Below, piece after piece: positions 22,101-36,600 of a DNA stretch of 63,134 nt. This DNA is from Gracilinanus agilis (lineage: Eukaryota). Location of the stretch: NCBI RefSeq assembly GCF_016433145.1, contig NC_058130.1, positions 711,632,525 to 711,695,658 of the forward strand, read 5' to 3'. A program made the translations under genes and the position numbers. Under the pieces are notes generated by a model. The model saw nothing but the letters and a program-made list of their open reading frames with translations. It ran no database searches and was not told where the DNA came from. Position 1 is the first letter of the stretch. The number at the start of each line of letters is the position of its first letter.

Positions 22101-24574
22101 TATTAACTGACTGGTCCCTTAAAGTTCAGCCCAAGCACTGCCCTCCACATGCTGACATTCCTATTCCCCTAGCTGCTAGTATTCTCCCTCCCAGACTTAC
22201 CTTGTACTCATTTTGTCTATATCTGTAGGTATTTATATCTGTACCTGTTGCCCACCCAAGTTAGGATACAAGCTTCTTAAAGGCAGAGATACTTTTGTCT
22301 TTTTATGTCCAGTACTTAGCCCTGTGCTTGGCACCTAGTGGGTACTCAATATACGCTTGTCTATGAATTGCCCACAATCTTCCCTGACCTATAAAATGAC
22401 CTCTTCCTTCTCTGACTCCTGTAGCCCTTCCTGAATCTCTTGCTGATTTGACCTGTGGCACAAGGACATCAGCTAGGCTTTGAGTCAGACCGCAGGCCCT
22501 AGGGCTGGAAGGGATCTTTGTGGTCAACATCACAGAATCTCTGTTTGAAGACACACCGGAGAGTCACTGGGGCAGCTCGGTAGCGCCATAGTGCAGAGAG
22601 TGCACTGGACTTGGAATCAGGAAGTCTCATCTCCCTCAGTTCAAATCTGGCCACAGGCACTGACTAGCTGTGTGACCCTGGGCAAGTTCTTTAATCCTGG
22701 TTGCTTCGTCTATAAAATGAACTGGAGAAGGAAATGGCAAACCACTCTGGTAACTTGACCAAAAAAATCCCAAAGGGGATCATGAAGAGTTGGACGTGAT
22801 GGAAACAACTCAACAGCAACCATCACAATCAGAGAGTCAAGTCAACAAGCATTTACCAAGTGCTTACTCTGTTCCAGGTATCGTGCCACACACTAAGGAT
22901 ACAACAAAATACAAATTGCCCTCAATGAATTCACATTAGAATGAAGGAGACAACATACAAACAACTATGTACACACAAAATATATAGCTAGCGTTTATAT
23001 AGTACCTGAAAGCTCTTTATGTATGTTAATTCATTTGATCCTTACAACAACCTTGTTACAGATGAGAAAACTGAAGCTGAAAGTGGTTAAGTGAATTGTT
23101 CTAGGTCACACAGCTGGCATTTGTTTGAGGCAAGAGTCAAACTCAGGCTTTCCTGGCTCGTATTCCTATACTCACTCTATCTAGTGATCTAGTTGCTCCA
23201 TTTATCCCAATATATGGGTTAAATTGGAGGTTATCTCAGAGGGAAGGCACTAACGTTGAGAAGGATGGGGAAAGACTTTTCTCAGAAAGTGGAATTTTGG
23301 TTGAGACTTGAATGAAGCCCGGAAATGTAGGGGAAAGTAGCAAGAGTATTCTGGGCATAAGGGATAGAGAATCAAAAGGCACTGAGCCAGGATATAGCGC
23401 ATCCTGTTTGAGGAACAAAACGTACGCTACTTCCATGAGGGTAGGATTGACAGTAATTGGCAACAGAAATGAGTGCAAAGTGGGAGCGAGATCAGGCAAT
23501 TAAGAAGGACCTGGAGGCTATGAACTTGGGTGACTGGGAGGTTGATAGTCTTAACAGTAATTAGAAAATTAGGAAGAGCAGAGAGTCAGGAGGGCAAGGT
23601 AATGAATTTAGTTTTGGACATCTTAAGTGTGAAATCTATATAGTATCTTCTCAAGATGACCAATGGGCAATTGGTGATGCAAGAGTGGAGGTCAGGAGAG
23701 AAATTGAGGTTTGGATAGTTAAAGCTGAGAATCTTCTAACTCAGAGCTTGGAGATGATCATCAAATCCAAGGATGTTAATGAGATCAACAAACAGAATAA
23801 TATATGGAGAAAAGAAAAGGGCCTAGAGGAGCATTGAGGAGCACCCAAGGTTAGCTGGTTGAGAGAGAGAAGTCAGACAAATAGAGGGAAAATTAGAAGA
23901 GAAGAGTGGCATGAAAACCTAGAGAGAAAGTAGTGCCAAATAGAAGAAGGTGATTGACAGTGTCAAGAGCTACAGAGAAGTTGAGGATGAGGATCGAGAA
24001 AAAGCCATTAGATTTGTCAGTTAAGGGGTAGCTAGGTGACTTAGTAGACTTGGAAGTCAGGCCTAGAGATGGGAGGTCTTGGGTTCAAATTTGGCCTCAG
24101 ACCCTTCCTAGCTGTGTGACCCTGGGCAAGTTACTTAACCCCCATTGCATAGCCCCTGCCATTCTTCTGCCTTGGAACTGGTTCTTAGTATCTATTCTAA
24201 GACAAATAAATCAGTCCACTAAAGCACCTAGCTGCCCCCTAATTGTTAAAATTTCAATATGGACATTTGTACCTCAAAAATTGACTAATGCTACAAATCA
24301 GGGATTGATTTATTGTTTTATTTATCTCTTGTCTTAAGAAAGTAATGGAGAAAATATTAATAAATCAGATTAAATTTAAACGTGTTGTGAACTAGGAGGG
24401 CAGCTAGAGGGCTCAGTGAATTGAGAGCCAGGCCTAGAGATGGGAGGTCATGGTTTCAAGTCTGGCCTCAGATCTTTTCTAGCTCTGTAACCTATGGCAA
24501 GTTATTGCCCAGCCTTTACCATTTTTCTGCCTAGGAAGCAATACATTGTATTGAGAGAGATAGAGAGATAGAGA

Positions 24575-24608
<34 letters not shown>

Positions 24609-24618
24609 CAGAGACAGA

Positions 24619-24649
<31 letters not shown>

Positions 24650-27600
24650 GTTGTTTTTTTAATTGTGTCTGACTCTTCATGGCCCCAAATGAGGTTTTCT
24701 TGGAAAAGATACTAGAATGATTTACCATTTCTTTCTCTAGCTCTTTTTTTTTTTTTAACAGATAAGGAACTGAGGCAAATATGGTTAAATGACTTGCCCA
24801 GGGTCACATATAGCTAGGAAGTGTGTCCGAGGCCAGATTTGAACTGGGGAAGATGAGTCTTCTAGACTCTAGGCCTAACACTCTATCCACTGTGCCACCT
24901 AGCAGCACTCTCTGTCTCTCTCTGTCCCTATCTCTATCTCTCGGTCTCTGTCTGTTTCTCTGTCTGTGTCTCTCTTTCAGATTTGGAGAACAGGCTGTTA
25001 AGCACCCACTAGCATATCATTTAAGTCTTCTGTTATCCAGGTTAAACATTTCAGTTCCTTTCACTGGTCTTTATATTGTATCATCTTGGAGCCCTTCACC
25101 CTCTTGGCTGCTCTGCTCTGGACACAATAGAACTTATCAATGGCCTCCCTAAAATTCATTGCCCGTAACTGAAACACTGTGATCTGAACAGAGCGCAGCA
25201 GAGGAGGCTTATCTTGTTCCTAGACACTGTGTCTCTCTTAGCGCAGCCCCAAATCACATTAGGTCTTTGGCTGCTGAACCTCACTGTTGACCTTGTAGCT
25301 CACTAAAGCCTCCAGATTGTTTTCTGATAAACTGTTATTCTGCCCAGCTTCCTCCATCTCATACTTTTGACTCTGATGTTTTGAATCCAAATGCAAGACT
25401 TTATATTTATCCCTTCTCATCTTTCTAGCTTTGTTAGATCTTTGTGGATCTTGACTATCCTACACATTTTACAGGTTGGGAAGCGGAGTCACAGAAATTA
25501 GAAACAATTTTCCTTTAAGTCACATGGTTACTAGTGAAAGAATCTGGATTTGAACTAAGGTCTCTGGTGACCAAATCCAGTGCTCTTTCCACTCCACTTG
25601 CTTACTACTGTTCAAAGGGCTCAGTCTAGTAGATACTTGGGATATTTTTGCCCCTTCTTTCCTCTCTCAAAAGAATAATCTTTTATACCCTATGCCCCCT
25701 CACCTGTCGGCGCCAAATGGGCCAGGCAGTAGTCTTGCGCTGGGCACCTGTCGATGCACTCTGTAGTAACTGGAGTTGTGATTGGAGTCTGGGGAAGAGG
25801 TAGCTGCTGGAAGCCAGGAATCTGGTCTCCCAGCCCCACCCCCCCCAACAAATGGGACCCAAGTGTCCAGCCTCCCCTCCCAGTATCTCAAAGCCCAAGT
25901 CTCAGATGGCCTGCTTTCAAGATTCATAGCATGAGTGGTCCTGAGATGTCTTTTAATCCAACTATTCCTTGGAAAGGGAAGGGAAGGGATGGGAAAGGAC
26001 TTGCCCAAGGTAGTCTGTGTCAAAGCTAGCTCCCAGCCTCTTATTCTAGATCACTACTTCTGATCTGCCAAAGGAAGGGACAGGGCCCAGCTTTGAACAG
26101 GAAGCCAAGAACCAGGTGGGTACTTAATAACAGAGCCTTCCCCCCAGCCCCTTACGTGAACAGACTGTCTTTCAAGTGCTGGATTCTGGCCTGGGCCTGG
26201 CCCTGGGGGGAATGGGGATCCGCCTCTGGCTCAGCCCCGTCGGGTCCCTCAGCTGTCCCATCCATCAGCCATCGCTCCCGTAGGGACTTCCTCTTGGGGG
26301 AGGGCAAGGGAAGAAGGTGAGAGCCCAGTCGAGGATAGAACTAGCCCCCCACCCCCACCCCACCTAGGAAAGATTACCCCCACCCACAGATCCTTCCCCA
26401 AATGCCCCACCCTGACCTGGGACACACCCCCTCGCCCACTGTCCCCCTCCCTCGGGGACCGACCTTGTCTTGCTCCCATCGTGAATGCCCTCCCCCTTGA
26501 CCCCCGCTAAGGTAGGGCCATTCCACTATTGCCTTTCTTCACTGGGTATCCTAGACTGGGACCATCAGGACTCTTCCCCAACCTTGAGACGCTGCACTCT
26601 CAGCTTTTCCTCTTCTAGCTCCCTCCGCGCGCCGCAGATCTGTTCTTGAAGCCGCCGCTTCTCCTGCTCAGAGCGAAGGAAGTCCGGGCTGTGGCGGCCA
26701 AGCGGACAAGTCCAGCCCTGCCCAGCCCAGCTCAATCCAGGCCAGGAGAGAGCAAGCCTACCCCAGCCTAGCCCAGCTCAGCCCGGCGGAGCCCAGCAGA
26801 GCCCAGCCCAGCCAGGCCAGGGGAGCCAGGCCAAGGGATCCCTCCAGCCTGCGCCTCGCTCACCGGCTCCCTCCTCCCTCTGCCTTTGAGGGGCTCTCCT
26901 GGGATGCCTGGATCCAAGATGCCTAAGGCTGGGAGCAAAGGAGGGGCAGGGCAGGGGATGGGATGGGAAAGTCCTATGGGTTCTGGGAAGAGGCGGAGTG
27001 GGAAAAGACCCCCAACCCTCTCCTGTCCGTGGCTGGGACCTGCTGTGGGTGCGGGGGAGGGGGTGGTGGTCTGGGAGGCGCTGACTCAGCACTTCTAGGT
27101 AGGGCGGGGGTGAGGGAGCGGGGAAGGGGTGGTGCTGGCCGCGCCCCGAGCGGGATCCTGCGGCTCTCTGCCAGAGGCGAAAGCCTGAGAGGCGATGGAA
27201 ACGGGGGGCGAGGGGGGGGGGAACAGGAGGTTGTGGGGATGGAGAAACGGAGAGGATAAGGGGTAGAGAATTGGGGGAAATGCAGATCCAGGAATCGGGA
27301 GATAAAGGACGAGACAGGGAAAAAGAAATACGGTACGGAGCACTGGAGGATGGAGAGAAGGGAGTGGCGAGATTGGGAAGAGGGCTTTCACAGAAGGAAT
27401 TGGGGACAGAGAGGTGGAGAGATGGAACAGGGGAATGAGTAAAGTAGGAGATAAAGCGATGTGGGATTGGGAGAGCGACAGGATTTGAGAGGATGGGAGA
27501 ATCCGGGTGTGAGAAAGCGGGCGTCTGGGTGTCGGGATGGAAAGGCAGGATTAGGACAAGGTATGTATGAGATGGAGTTTGGAGGAAAGGAAATGGGAGA

Positions 27601-30600
27601 TGAGAAACTGAGGACAGGGAACCTGGAAGAATGCAATGGGAGGCTAGAAGAATGGAGAGCTAGGATATTGGGGATAGGAAGGAGAAATAGAAGGTTGGGA
27701 GGAGGGTGGAGGTTTGGGAGACAAGGAATGGGATTAGGATGTGGGGTGCACACTGGGGCCGGAGGAGGCACCGCTCGCTCACTCACTCCAGAGGTGAGTC
27801 CGTCCAGCCTCAGCCCATTCTCCCAAAAGGGGATGGGAAGCAGAGCCCCATGAAAACGGGAATGGTGACGGGGTGAGGGCAGAGGCTGCAGCCCAAGCTC
27901 AAGGAGGGCGGCAGGCTTTGCGGAGGGGAGTAGTGAGTAGGGTTCGAACTGTCCCTGAAGCCTCCGGGAGGGGCCAGAGCCCGCTCCTTCACTTACAGCA
28001 ATGACCTCCAGCCGCTGACGGTAGAGGGCGCTCTCGACCATGGGCCTGCAAAGAGATGGAGAGAAAGAAGGGGCGAGGTTGAGAGGAGGAGGGGTAGACT
28101 GGAGATGGAAGGTGTTAGAGTTTCGTACCCTCAATCCCTATCCTTTCTCTGGAGCTAAATGACACGGACTACTGAGACCTGGTCCAGCTCAGGGTTCCTA
28201 GGAACAAGCCAAGATCGACTTGGCTATTTTCCCTTGCCTGGCCAATGAGTATCTTTGGAACTTGAGAATGGAGGTCTGGGATGGCCATGTCTAAACCCGG
28301 GGGGTTGGGTGATCAGAGCTCCAGGCAGGAAAGTCGACAGATAGTGCAAAGAATATCGGAACTGGGGGTCACAGAACCTGAACCCAAATCCCTGCTCTGA
28401 TGTTTTCTAGAGTATCATGTTGGGCAATTTGCTTAAGCTGTTTGAGCATTAGTTTCTTCTTTTCTAAAGTGAGGGAATATCAACAAAACACAAAAAAACT
28501 ACATTCCAAGTCACTACCAATAAGAAAAATGGAGCTCTGAACTTTCACTTCACATCTAATTGTCGAAGAAAACAAAGGCTGGAAACATTTAAGGTTAGAA
28601 GGGTTGTGTGGAAAGACAGGCACACTATGCATTGTTGGTGGAGCTGTGAAATGTTCAGCCTGTTGGGAAAAGCAATTTGGAGTTACTGGAGGATTGTCCA
28701 CACCTTTGGACTCTGGGCTTGCACTACCAGACTCATTTGGACAATGATATATGTAATGTATGTGTAATGCTAATAGAAAATTACTATGATGTAAAAATTA
28801 TGATGATGAATATAGAGAAAGAGGGAAAGGCTTTTAGGAAATGGTGTAAGGAAATGAAGTAAGCAGAGCCAAGAAAACATGTGGTATGTGTAATGCTAAT
28901 AGAATATTACCATGATGTAAAAAAAATTATGATGCTGAATATAGAGAAAGAGGGAAAGACTTATAGGAAATGGCGCAAAGAAATGAAGTAAGCAGAGCCG
29001 AGAAAACAATATTCAATGACTAAAAGCATGTTAATGAAAAGATCAGCAACAAAATCGTTGAAATTTAATGCAACAAACTAATAACCAAGCTTGGCCTCAA
29101 AGAAGAGATATGAGAATGCATCTCCCTCCCTTCTTTGTAGAGGCAGGGAACTATGGTGTCGAACACTCCAGATGTTATCAGACTTTTTTTTATGTAGTGG
29201 TTTATGTTGTATTTTTCCCCCTTTTTTACTGCTTTGTTATAAAGGATAACTGGGGGAAAGTAAGAGACTTCTTGGGAAATGGAGGTGTTATAAAAATAAA
29301 AAATGCCAATAAAGTTTATTTTTTAAAGTATCAAGAAATGTTTGGGGGATTGAATGGAAGAAAAAACCCTACTAAACTGATTAGTCGTTATCCCAGCTGT
29401 AGGTGATACCATAAGGAAGTCAAAGACAAAGGTCCTCTATATAACAAAATAATTATAGTAGCACTTCTGTGTTGGTTAAAAATTAGAAACAATATGAGTG
29501 CTTGTTCATTGGGGAAATAGAAAAACAAGTTTTAATATATAAATGTAACAGAATATTTTTGCAGCAAGAAAAAAATTGAAGACATTTGCTGATAGCTCCC
29601 CCTTCTACCTTCCTTCTCATCTCACCTCACTGAAGTATCTTCCCTCAACTATCTCCTCTTTTACTCTGATCTTGCATGAAGAGGTGGCTCTTCAATTTGC
29701 AAAGGACAACCTCTCTACATGCATCCTTGATCCTGTCTCCTAACTTCTTCTCCAGCAAATTGCCACCCTCTGTCATACCGAGTCTTTCTTATCTTTTATC
29801 TCTTCCTATCTCCTGGCTCTTTCCCTGCTCCCTACAAACACACCACCATCCTTCTAAAACCCTCATTAGTAGGACAGGTTGGTGGTTCAATGGATAGAGT
29901 CAGACCTGGATACAGGAGATCTTGGGTTCAAATGTGACCTCATATACTTCCTTGCTGTGTGACTCTGGGCAAGTCATTTAACCCCCATTTAAACCCCATT
30001 AACTTCTCTTCTGCCTTGGAACCAATTCACAGTATTGATTCTAAAAGGGAAGAGAAGGATTAAAAAAATAATAAAACTCTCATTAGACCATTGACCTCAT
30101 TAGTCAATCGACAGCTATCATCTCAGATATCTTCTCTGTTGTTTTTTTAACTGTTCTTCTACATCCTCTGCAATCTGTTTTCAGGCCCCATCATTCAAAT
30201 GAAACTGCTCTCTTCAAAGAGATGAGTTTGCCAATTCCAATGACCTTTTCTCCACATTTATCCTTCTTGACCTCTTTGTAATCTTTGAGACTGTGAATCT
30301 CTTTGTACAGAGTCTCTTTTTTTTCTGTATTTTCCTGATGAGCCTCTCTCCAGGTTTTCCTCTTAGGTCTCTGGCCACTTCTCAGTCTCCTTTGTTGTTT
30401 CATCATGTGATGTCTTCATCATCACACTCACCATCCATGAGTGTCTTCCAAGTCTCTGTTTGGTATCTATCCTCTTTTCACTCAATACTTTCTCCTTTGG
30501 AAATTTCCTCAGCTCCCACGAATTCAAAGATCTTATCTATGGAGATGATTTCCAGTTCTATACAGCCATCCCTACCTAGACTCTTAGCTGAGCTCCAGTC

Positions 30601-33600
30601 ATACATCTTCAATTACCAACTGCCTCCTAGACATCTTGAATTGGATATTCCATAAACATCTCAAATACAACATATCTAAAACAGGGTTCATCACCTCCTC
30701 TCCTAACTCTCCCTTCTTCCAAACTTCTCTAGGTAGCACTATCTTCCCATTCATACAGTCTAGAACCTCAGTATGCATTATCCTTGACTCCTTATTCTCA
30801 TTCCTCCCACATATTCAATCTGTTGTCAAATCTTATCATTTCTACCGTCACATCCCTCATATATGTTCCCTTCTCTTCATTAAAACAACCACACAATAGC
30901 AATCCCATATGAGATACCTCTAGCCTTACTACTGGTCGTCCTGCATCCAATCTCCCCACTCTAATCTATCTTCCGCTCAGTTGCCAAAGTGACTAAAAAA
31001 AAAAAATAACCCTTACCTTCTGTCTTAGAATTGATACTAAGTATTAGTTCCAAGGCAGAAGAGAGATAAGGGCTAGGGAGTTAGAGTCAAGTGACTTGCC
31101 CAGGATCACACAGCTAGGAAATGTCTGAGAACAGACTTGAACCCCAAACCTCCCATTTTTAGGACTGAGTTTCTATCCACTGAGCCTCCTAGCTGCCCCT
31201 AAAGTAATTTTCCTAAAGCATAAAGTATGATTGTCTTCCTTCTACACAATAAACTCCAGTAGCTCCCTATTTCCTTCATGATCATACATAGTCACCTGGC
31301 ATTTAAAGCTTTCCCCAACCTTCCCCTTTTCTATATTTTCAAGGTTCTTACACTTTATTGCCCTCTACATACGTTACACATACAACAAGCTACTTTGGCT
31401 TCATGCCTTTTCTCCCTATAATATACTTCATCTCCTGACCCTCTGTCTTTTTGCTTGCTATATCCCAAGCCTTGGGACCCCTCCTGCCTCTGTCCTCTGG
31501 TTTTCCTGGCTTCCTGTAAAGCTCATTTAAAATTTTGCTTTCTATAGGAGGCCTTTTCTGATCCTCCCAGTTACAAGGGCCTTCTGCCATGATATTATAT
31601 CCCATCTATCTCTCTGTCTATCTGATTGTATGGATGTTTTTGTTCCATTGTTTCGGTCGTGTCCAACTCTTTGTGACCCTAACTGGGGTTTTCTTGGCAA
31701 AGATACTGGGCTGGTTTGCCTTTTCCTTTTCTATCTCATTTGACAGATGAGGAAACTGAGGCAAACAGGATAAAGCAACTTTCCCAGGATCACACCATAA
31801 GTGTCTGAAGCCAGACCTGTACTCATGAAGATGAGTCTTCTTAAGTCCAAGCCCACTTTGCCATCTAGTTGCCCTCTGTGTCTAATGTATATGGGGGGAA
31901 ATTGTGTGTGTGTATGTATAACATACCTAGTAGTTTACATGTTGTCTCCCCCATGAGACTGTTAGCCCCTTGAGAGCAAGGACTGTGCTTGCCTTTCTCT
32001 GTAGCTCCAGTATATAGCAGAGTACCAAGATAACATTGTTTAGTAAATGCTTCTTTTACTAACTGACAAAAAATACCCAGGGAATTCAGAGGAAGTTGGA
32101 GAGACTTGTTTGTACCAATGCAGAGCAGAGCAAACAACCAAGAGAGCAATATAGCCAATACACACAATAATAGAAAGGGAAGCAGCTAGGAGACATGGGA
32201 ACTTTGATCACTTAGATCAATGAAATGATCCAGTCTTGGCTCCAGAGACCAGATGATGAAACACCACTCCCTCTGCTTGGTTAAAAGGTGGTGGACTTAG
32301 ATGTAGAATAGGGTATATGACATCAGATATGGTCAATGTGTACTTGGTTTGCCTAAATATACATCTCTGTTTTATTTTAATTAATAGAATTTATTTACAA
32401 GTGTCTCAGTCCCTCCTCCCCCTCCCTTATAGAAGGCATCATCTGGAAGACAGGTATATATATATATATATATATATATAATGTCATTCACATTTCCATT
32501 TTTCAGTTCATTTTCTGTAGGTGACATTCACAAGTTATTCTTCAAGTATTAAATCTGTGACTGTGTACAATGTTCTCTTGTTTCTACTCATTTCACTGCT
32601 CATTATTCCATGTAGTTCTTTCCAAGTTTTAAAAAATAGCCTGCTTATTGTTTTTTATGGAGCAGTAGTATTCCATCACAATCATATGCCACAATTTGTT
32701 TAGCCACTCCTCTATTGATGGGCATCCCCTCAATTTCCAGTAATTTGTCATCCTGAAGAGAGCTGCTGTAAATATTTTGGAACATAGTGGTTCTTGTTCT
32801 TTTCCCTGATCTCCTTGGGAAACAGACCCAGAAATGGGTCTGAGTATGCACAATTTTAGAATTCTCTGGGTGTAATTCTAAATTGCTCTCCAAAATAGTT
32901 GGATCAGTTCATAGCTCCACCAACAGTATATTTCTGTTCCCATTTTCCCACATGCCCCCAATCATTTGTCATTTTGCCCTTTTGTCCTTTTGGTCAATCT
33001 GATGGGTGTGAGATAATCTCAGAAATGGTTTGGTTTGCTTTTCTCCAATTAGTAGTGATTTAGAGCATTTCCCCCCATATGTCTATATATGGTTTCTTTA
33101 TCCGAAAATTGTCTGTTCAAGCCTTTTGCCCATTTATTAATTGGAAAATAACTAATATATTTTTTGTTACAAAGAAGGATTCTATTAGTGAGGGGGAAGG
33201 TTTACGATCTACTATTTTTTTTAAAAACAGCAATAAAACATTGGTAAAAGGGAATGAGGTAGCACAGTGGATAGAGAACCAAGCCTGAAGACAGGAGGTC
33301 TTGGGTTCAAATATGACTTCAGATACTGTGTGATCCTGAGCAAATAAAACAAAGTTGTTTGTTTGATTTTTTTTCTCAATCTCTTATGTTGTATCATCAT
33401 CCATATACCATCCCTAATCACTGGTGTCTTCCAANNNNNNNNNNNNNNNNNNNNNNNNNNNNNNNNNNNNNNNNNNNNNNNNNNNNNNNNNNNNNNNNNN
33501 NNNNNNNNNNNNNNNNNNNNNNNNNNNNNNNNNNNNNNNNNNNNNNNNNNNNNNNNNNNNNNNNNNNNNNNNNNNNNNNNNNNNNNNNNNNNNNNNNNNN

Positions 33601-36600
33601 NNNNNNNNNNNNNNNNNNNNNNNNNGGTCTCATCACCTTCCATGGGGTCACTTAATAACGATATATTTGTGACTCCCAGGTCTATATATCCAGCCTTAGT
33701 CTTTCACCTAAACTCACTTACCAATTGCTGCAAGGATACTTCCACTTGGATGTCCGTTAGGCATTGTCTGCTCTTTAAGCCTGCCTCCTGCCCTAATTCC
33801 ACCACCATCCCTCAAATCACTCAGGTTTATGACCTCAGGAACATCCCTGACACTTCCCTCTCCCTCATCCTCCTTAAACAATCAGATGCTGAGTCTTGTT
33901 GATTCTATTTCCACAACTTCTCTCATATCTGTACACTTCTTTCTACTCCCAAGACCTACACTTGGGTCCAACCCTCATCACCTTTCATCTAGACTATTGC
34001 AACAGCCTCCTAATTGGACTTTCAGCTTCCAGGATGTCCCATCTCCAATTTCAAACATACAACAATAAATTAGCCATTAGTTAGATAGCACAGTGGACAG
34101 CTAGGAGGTGCAGTGGTTAGAATACCAGGCATGGAGTCAGAAAGATATGAATTCAAATCTGGTCTCAGACACTTAATACATAAATGACTTTGGGCAAGTC
34201 ACTATACCCTGTTTACCTCAGTTTCCTCATCTGTAAAATGAGCTGGAGAAGAAAATGCAAACCACTCTAATATCTCTGCCAAGAAAACCCCAAATGGAGT
34301 TGTGAAGATTCAAAAACAACTGAAATGACTGAACAAGAGTAAAAGCTGCAGTGGATATAGTACAGGACTTAGAGTTAGGAAGATCTGAGTTCAAATCCAG
34401 CCTCAGACATTTACTAGCTGTGTGAAAGCAGGGAAGTCTATTAACTTCTTTTTGTGCCTCAGTTTTCTCATCTGTAAAATGAGGACAATAATAGCACTTG
34501 ATTCTCAGTGTGGTTGTGAGAATCAAATGAGATAATATTTCTAAATTACTTTGAAAACCTTGAAGTACTAGATAAATGCTCTTGCTATCCTGTAGGCTAA
34601 AATCTGCCTGGGACACTCCTGTTTTCAAGGATGTTCAATAACTCTTTATTGCCTCTAGGATAAAATACAAATTCCTTAGTTTAAAATGTAAAACTTTTCA
34701 CAATTTTTTCTCCCAGATTGCTTTCCCAGGCTTATTTTCTATCACTGCCTTTTATTCGCTTTAAGTTTTGGCCAAACTAGCCTAATGGTTATTTCTGTTC
34801 TATTCTCCCTTCATCCTCTGCAGGGCCATAGCTCAGCCAGTCTCTCATGCTTGAAATATATTCCCTCATCAGCTTTGTCTTTTAAAATCCTGACCTTCCT
34901 TCAAGGTTTAGTTCATGCCCCACCTCTCATGGGAAACCCACTAGTCAAGCAGTACAGTTTCTCTTAAGTGTGAGGGAATGGGACAAACACTTAATATGGA
35001 ATGTGAGGACCTTTGTTGAAATCCTGATTCTCCTACTTACTACCTCTGTGTTGTTGGTTAAGTCCTTTACCCTCTTTGGGCTTCAGCTTCCCTCGTTTAA
35101 GAAAAAGAGGAGGTTAGACTACATAGGTGTCAGATGTAGGGCCCACAACGCTTCTGAAAATGGGCGAAGTTAGATTAAAAAATAATTGGAAGAGGGCAGC
35201 TAGGCAGCTCAGTGGATTGAGAACAAGACTTAGATACAAGGAGGTCCTGGGTTCAAATCTAAACCTCAGATGCTTACCAGCTAAGGAACCTTGGGTAAGT
35301 CACTTAACCCCCATTGCCTAGCTTTTCTCACTCTTCTGCCTTGGAACCACTTCATGGTATTAATTCTAAGCCAGAAGGTAAGCGTTTTAAAAAAAGTAAT
35401 TGGGAAATAGTTAACAAAATTAATAAAAAATGCAACACAAGATAGACAATGTTGATTTGTGGTTTTCTAAGTCAATGTGTGAATTTTAGGGATCCTTATA
35501 TACTGTTTAGTGGCCCAGTTTCCATCTGAGTCTGACAGCTTTGGACCTTATTCCCTCTCTTGATCTAGGATCTCATGATTCTTCCTCTTCTAGGATCTCA
35601 TGGTTCTTCCTCTTCAAATGATCATGTACATGCTTTTCTTTTTACTTCCAGCTAAAATCCTACCTTCTACAAGAGAACTTTTTAGATCCCCTTAATGGTA
35701 GTACCTTCCCTCTATTGTTCATCTCTAATATGGTTGGTATAAAGCTTGTTTGAATATAGTAATTTTTTTGATTATATCAAATTAAAAAGGTTTTGTACAA
35801 ACAAAACCAATGAAACCAAAATTAGAAGGAAAGCAACAAACTGAGAGAACATTTTTATAACAAAACTCTCTGACAAAGGTTTAATTTCCCAAATATATAA
35901 GGAACTAAATCAAATTTACAAAAAATAAAGCCATTCCCCAATCGACAAATGATTGAGGGACATGAATAGGCAGTTTTCACATGAAGAAATCAAAACTATC
36001 AATAAGCACATGATAAAGTATTCTAAAACCCTCTTGATTAGAGACATGCAAATTGAACATAGTAATTTGTATGTTGCCTCCCCCATTAGATGGGTGGCTC
36101 CTTAAGGGCAGGGACTGCCTTTTGCCTTTCTTCATATCTCCAGATCTTAGCACAGTGCCTGGCATATGACTTTCTATACCTCCCCAGGAGGATGTAAGAA
36201 AGCTCTGTGAGGTCATCCACTATTTTTTCATTTCTTCTTGGGATCTGTGGTACCTTATCACAGAGACCTGTACCCAGTAGGTGCTTGGATGTAAGTGTGT
36301 TATAAGGCTCATTATGATTTTTAAACTTCTAATTACAGAACACTGGAATCGGAAAATTTTTTAGAGATCATTTAGTCCAATATTTTAATTACACAGATGA
36401 GAAAACTGAGGTCAGAAGGTGAAAGAATAAATTCGCCAAGGTATCATAGCTAGTAAATACACAAATCTGGGACTTTGGAATCTCTTGATTCTAAGTGCAG
36501 TGCTCTTTCTACTTCAGAGGATACCTAGGTCTTAGGAACACTTCTGGCATGACAGATACTGGACCTGATGTTCAGAGCTCTAAAGGTGTAGGAACCCTAC

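Noticed and set aside
27388-28134. 248-aa minus-strand ORF
   Set aside because: PALM3 exon 2 read through into pyrimidine-rich intron; only MVESALYRQRLEVIA is coding
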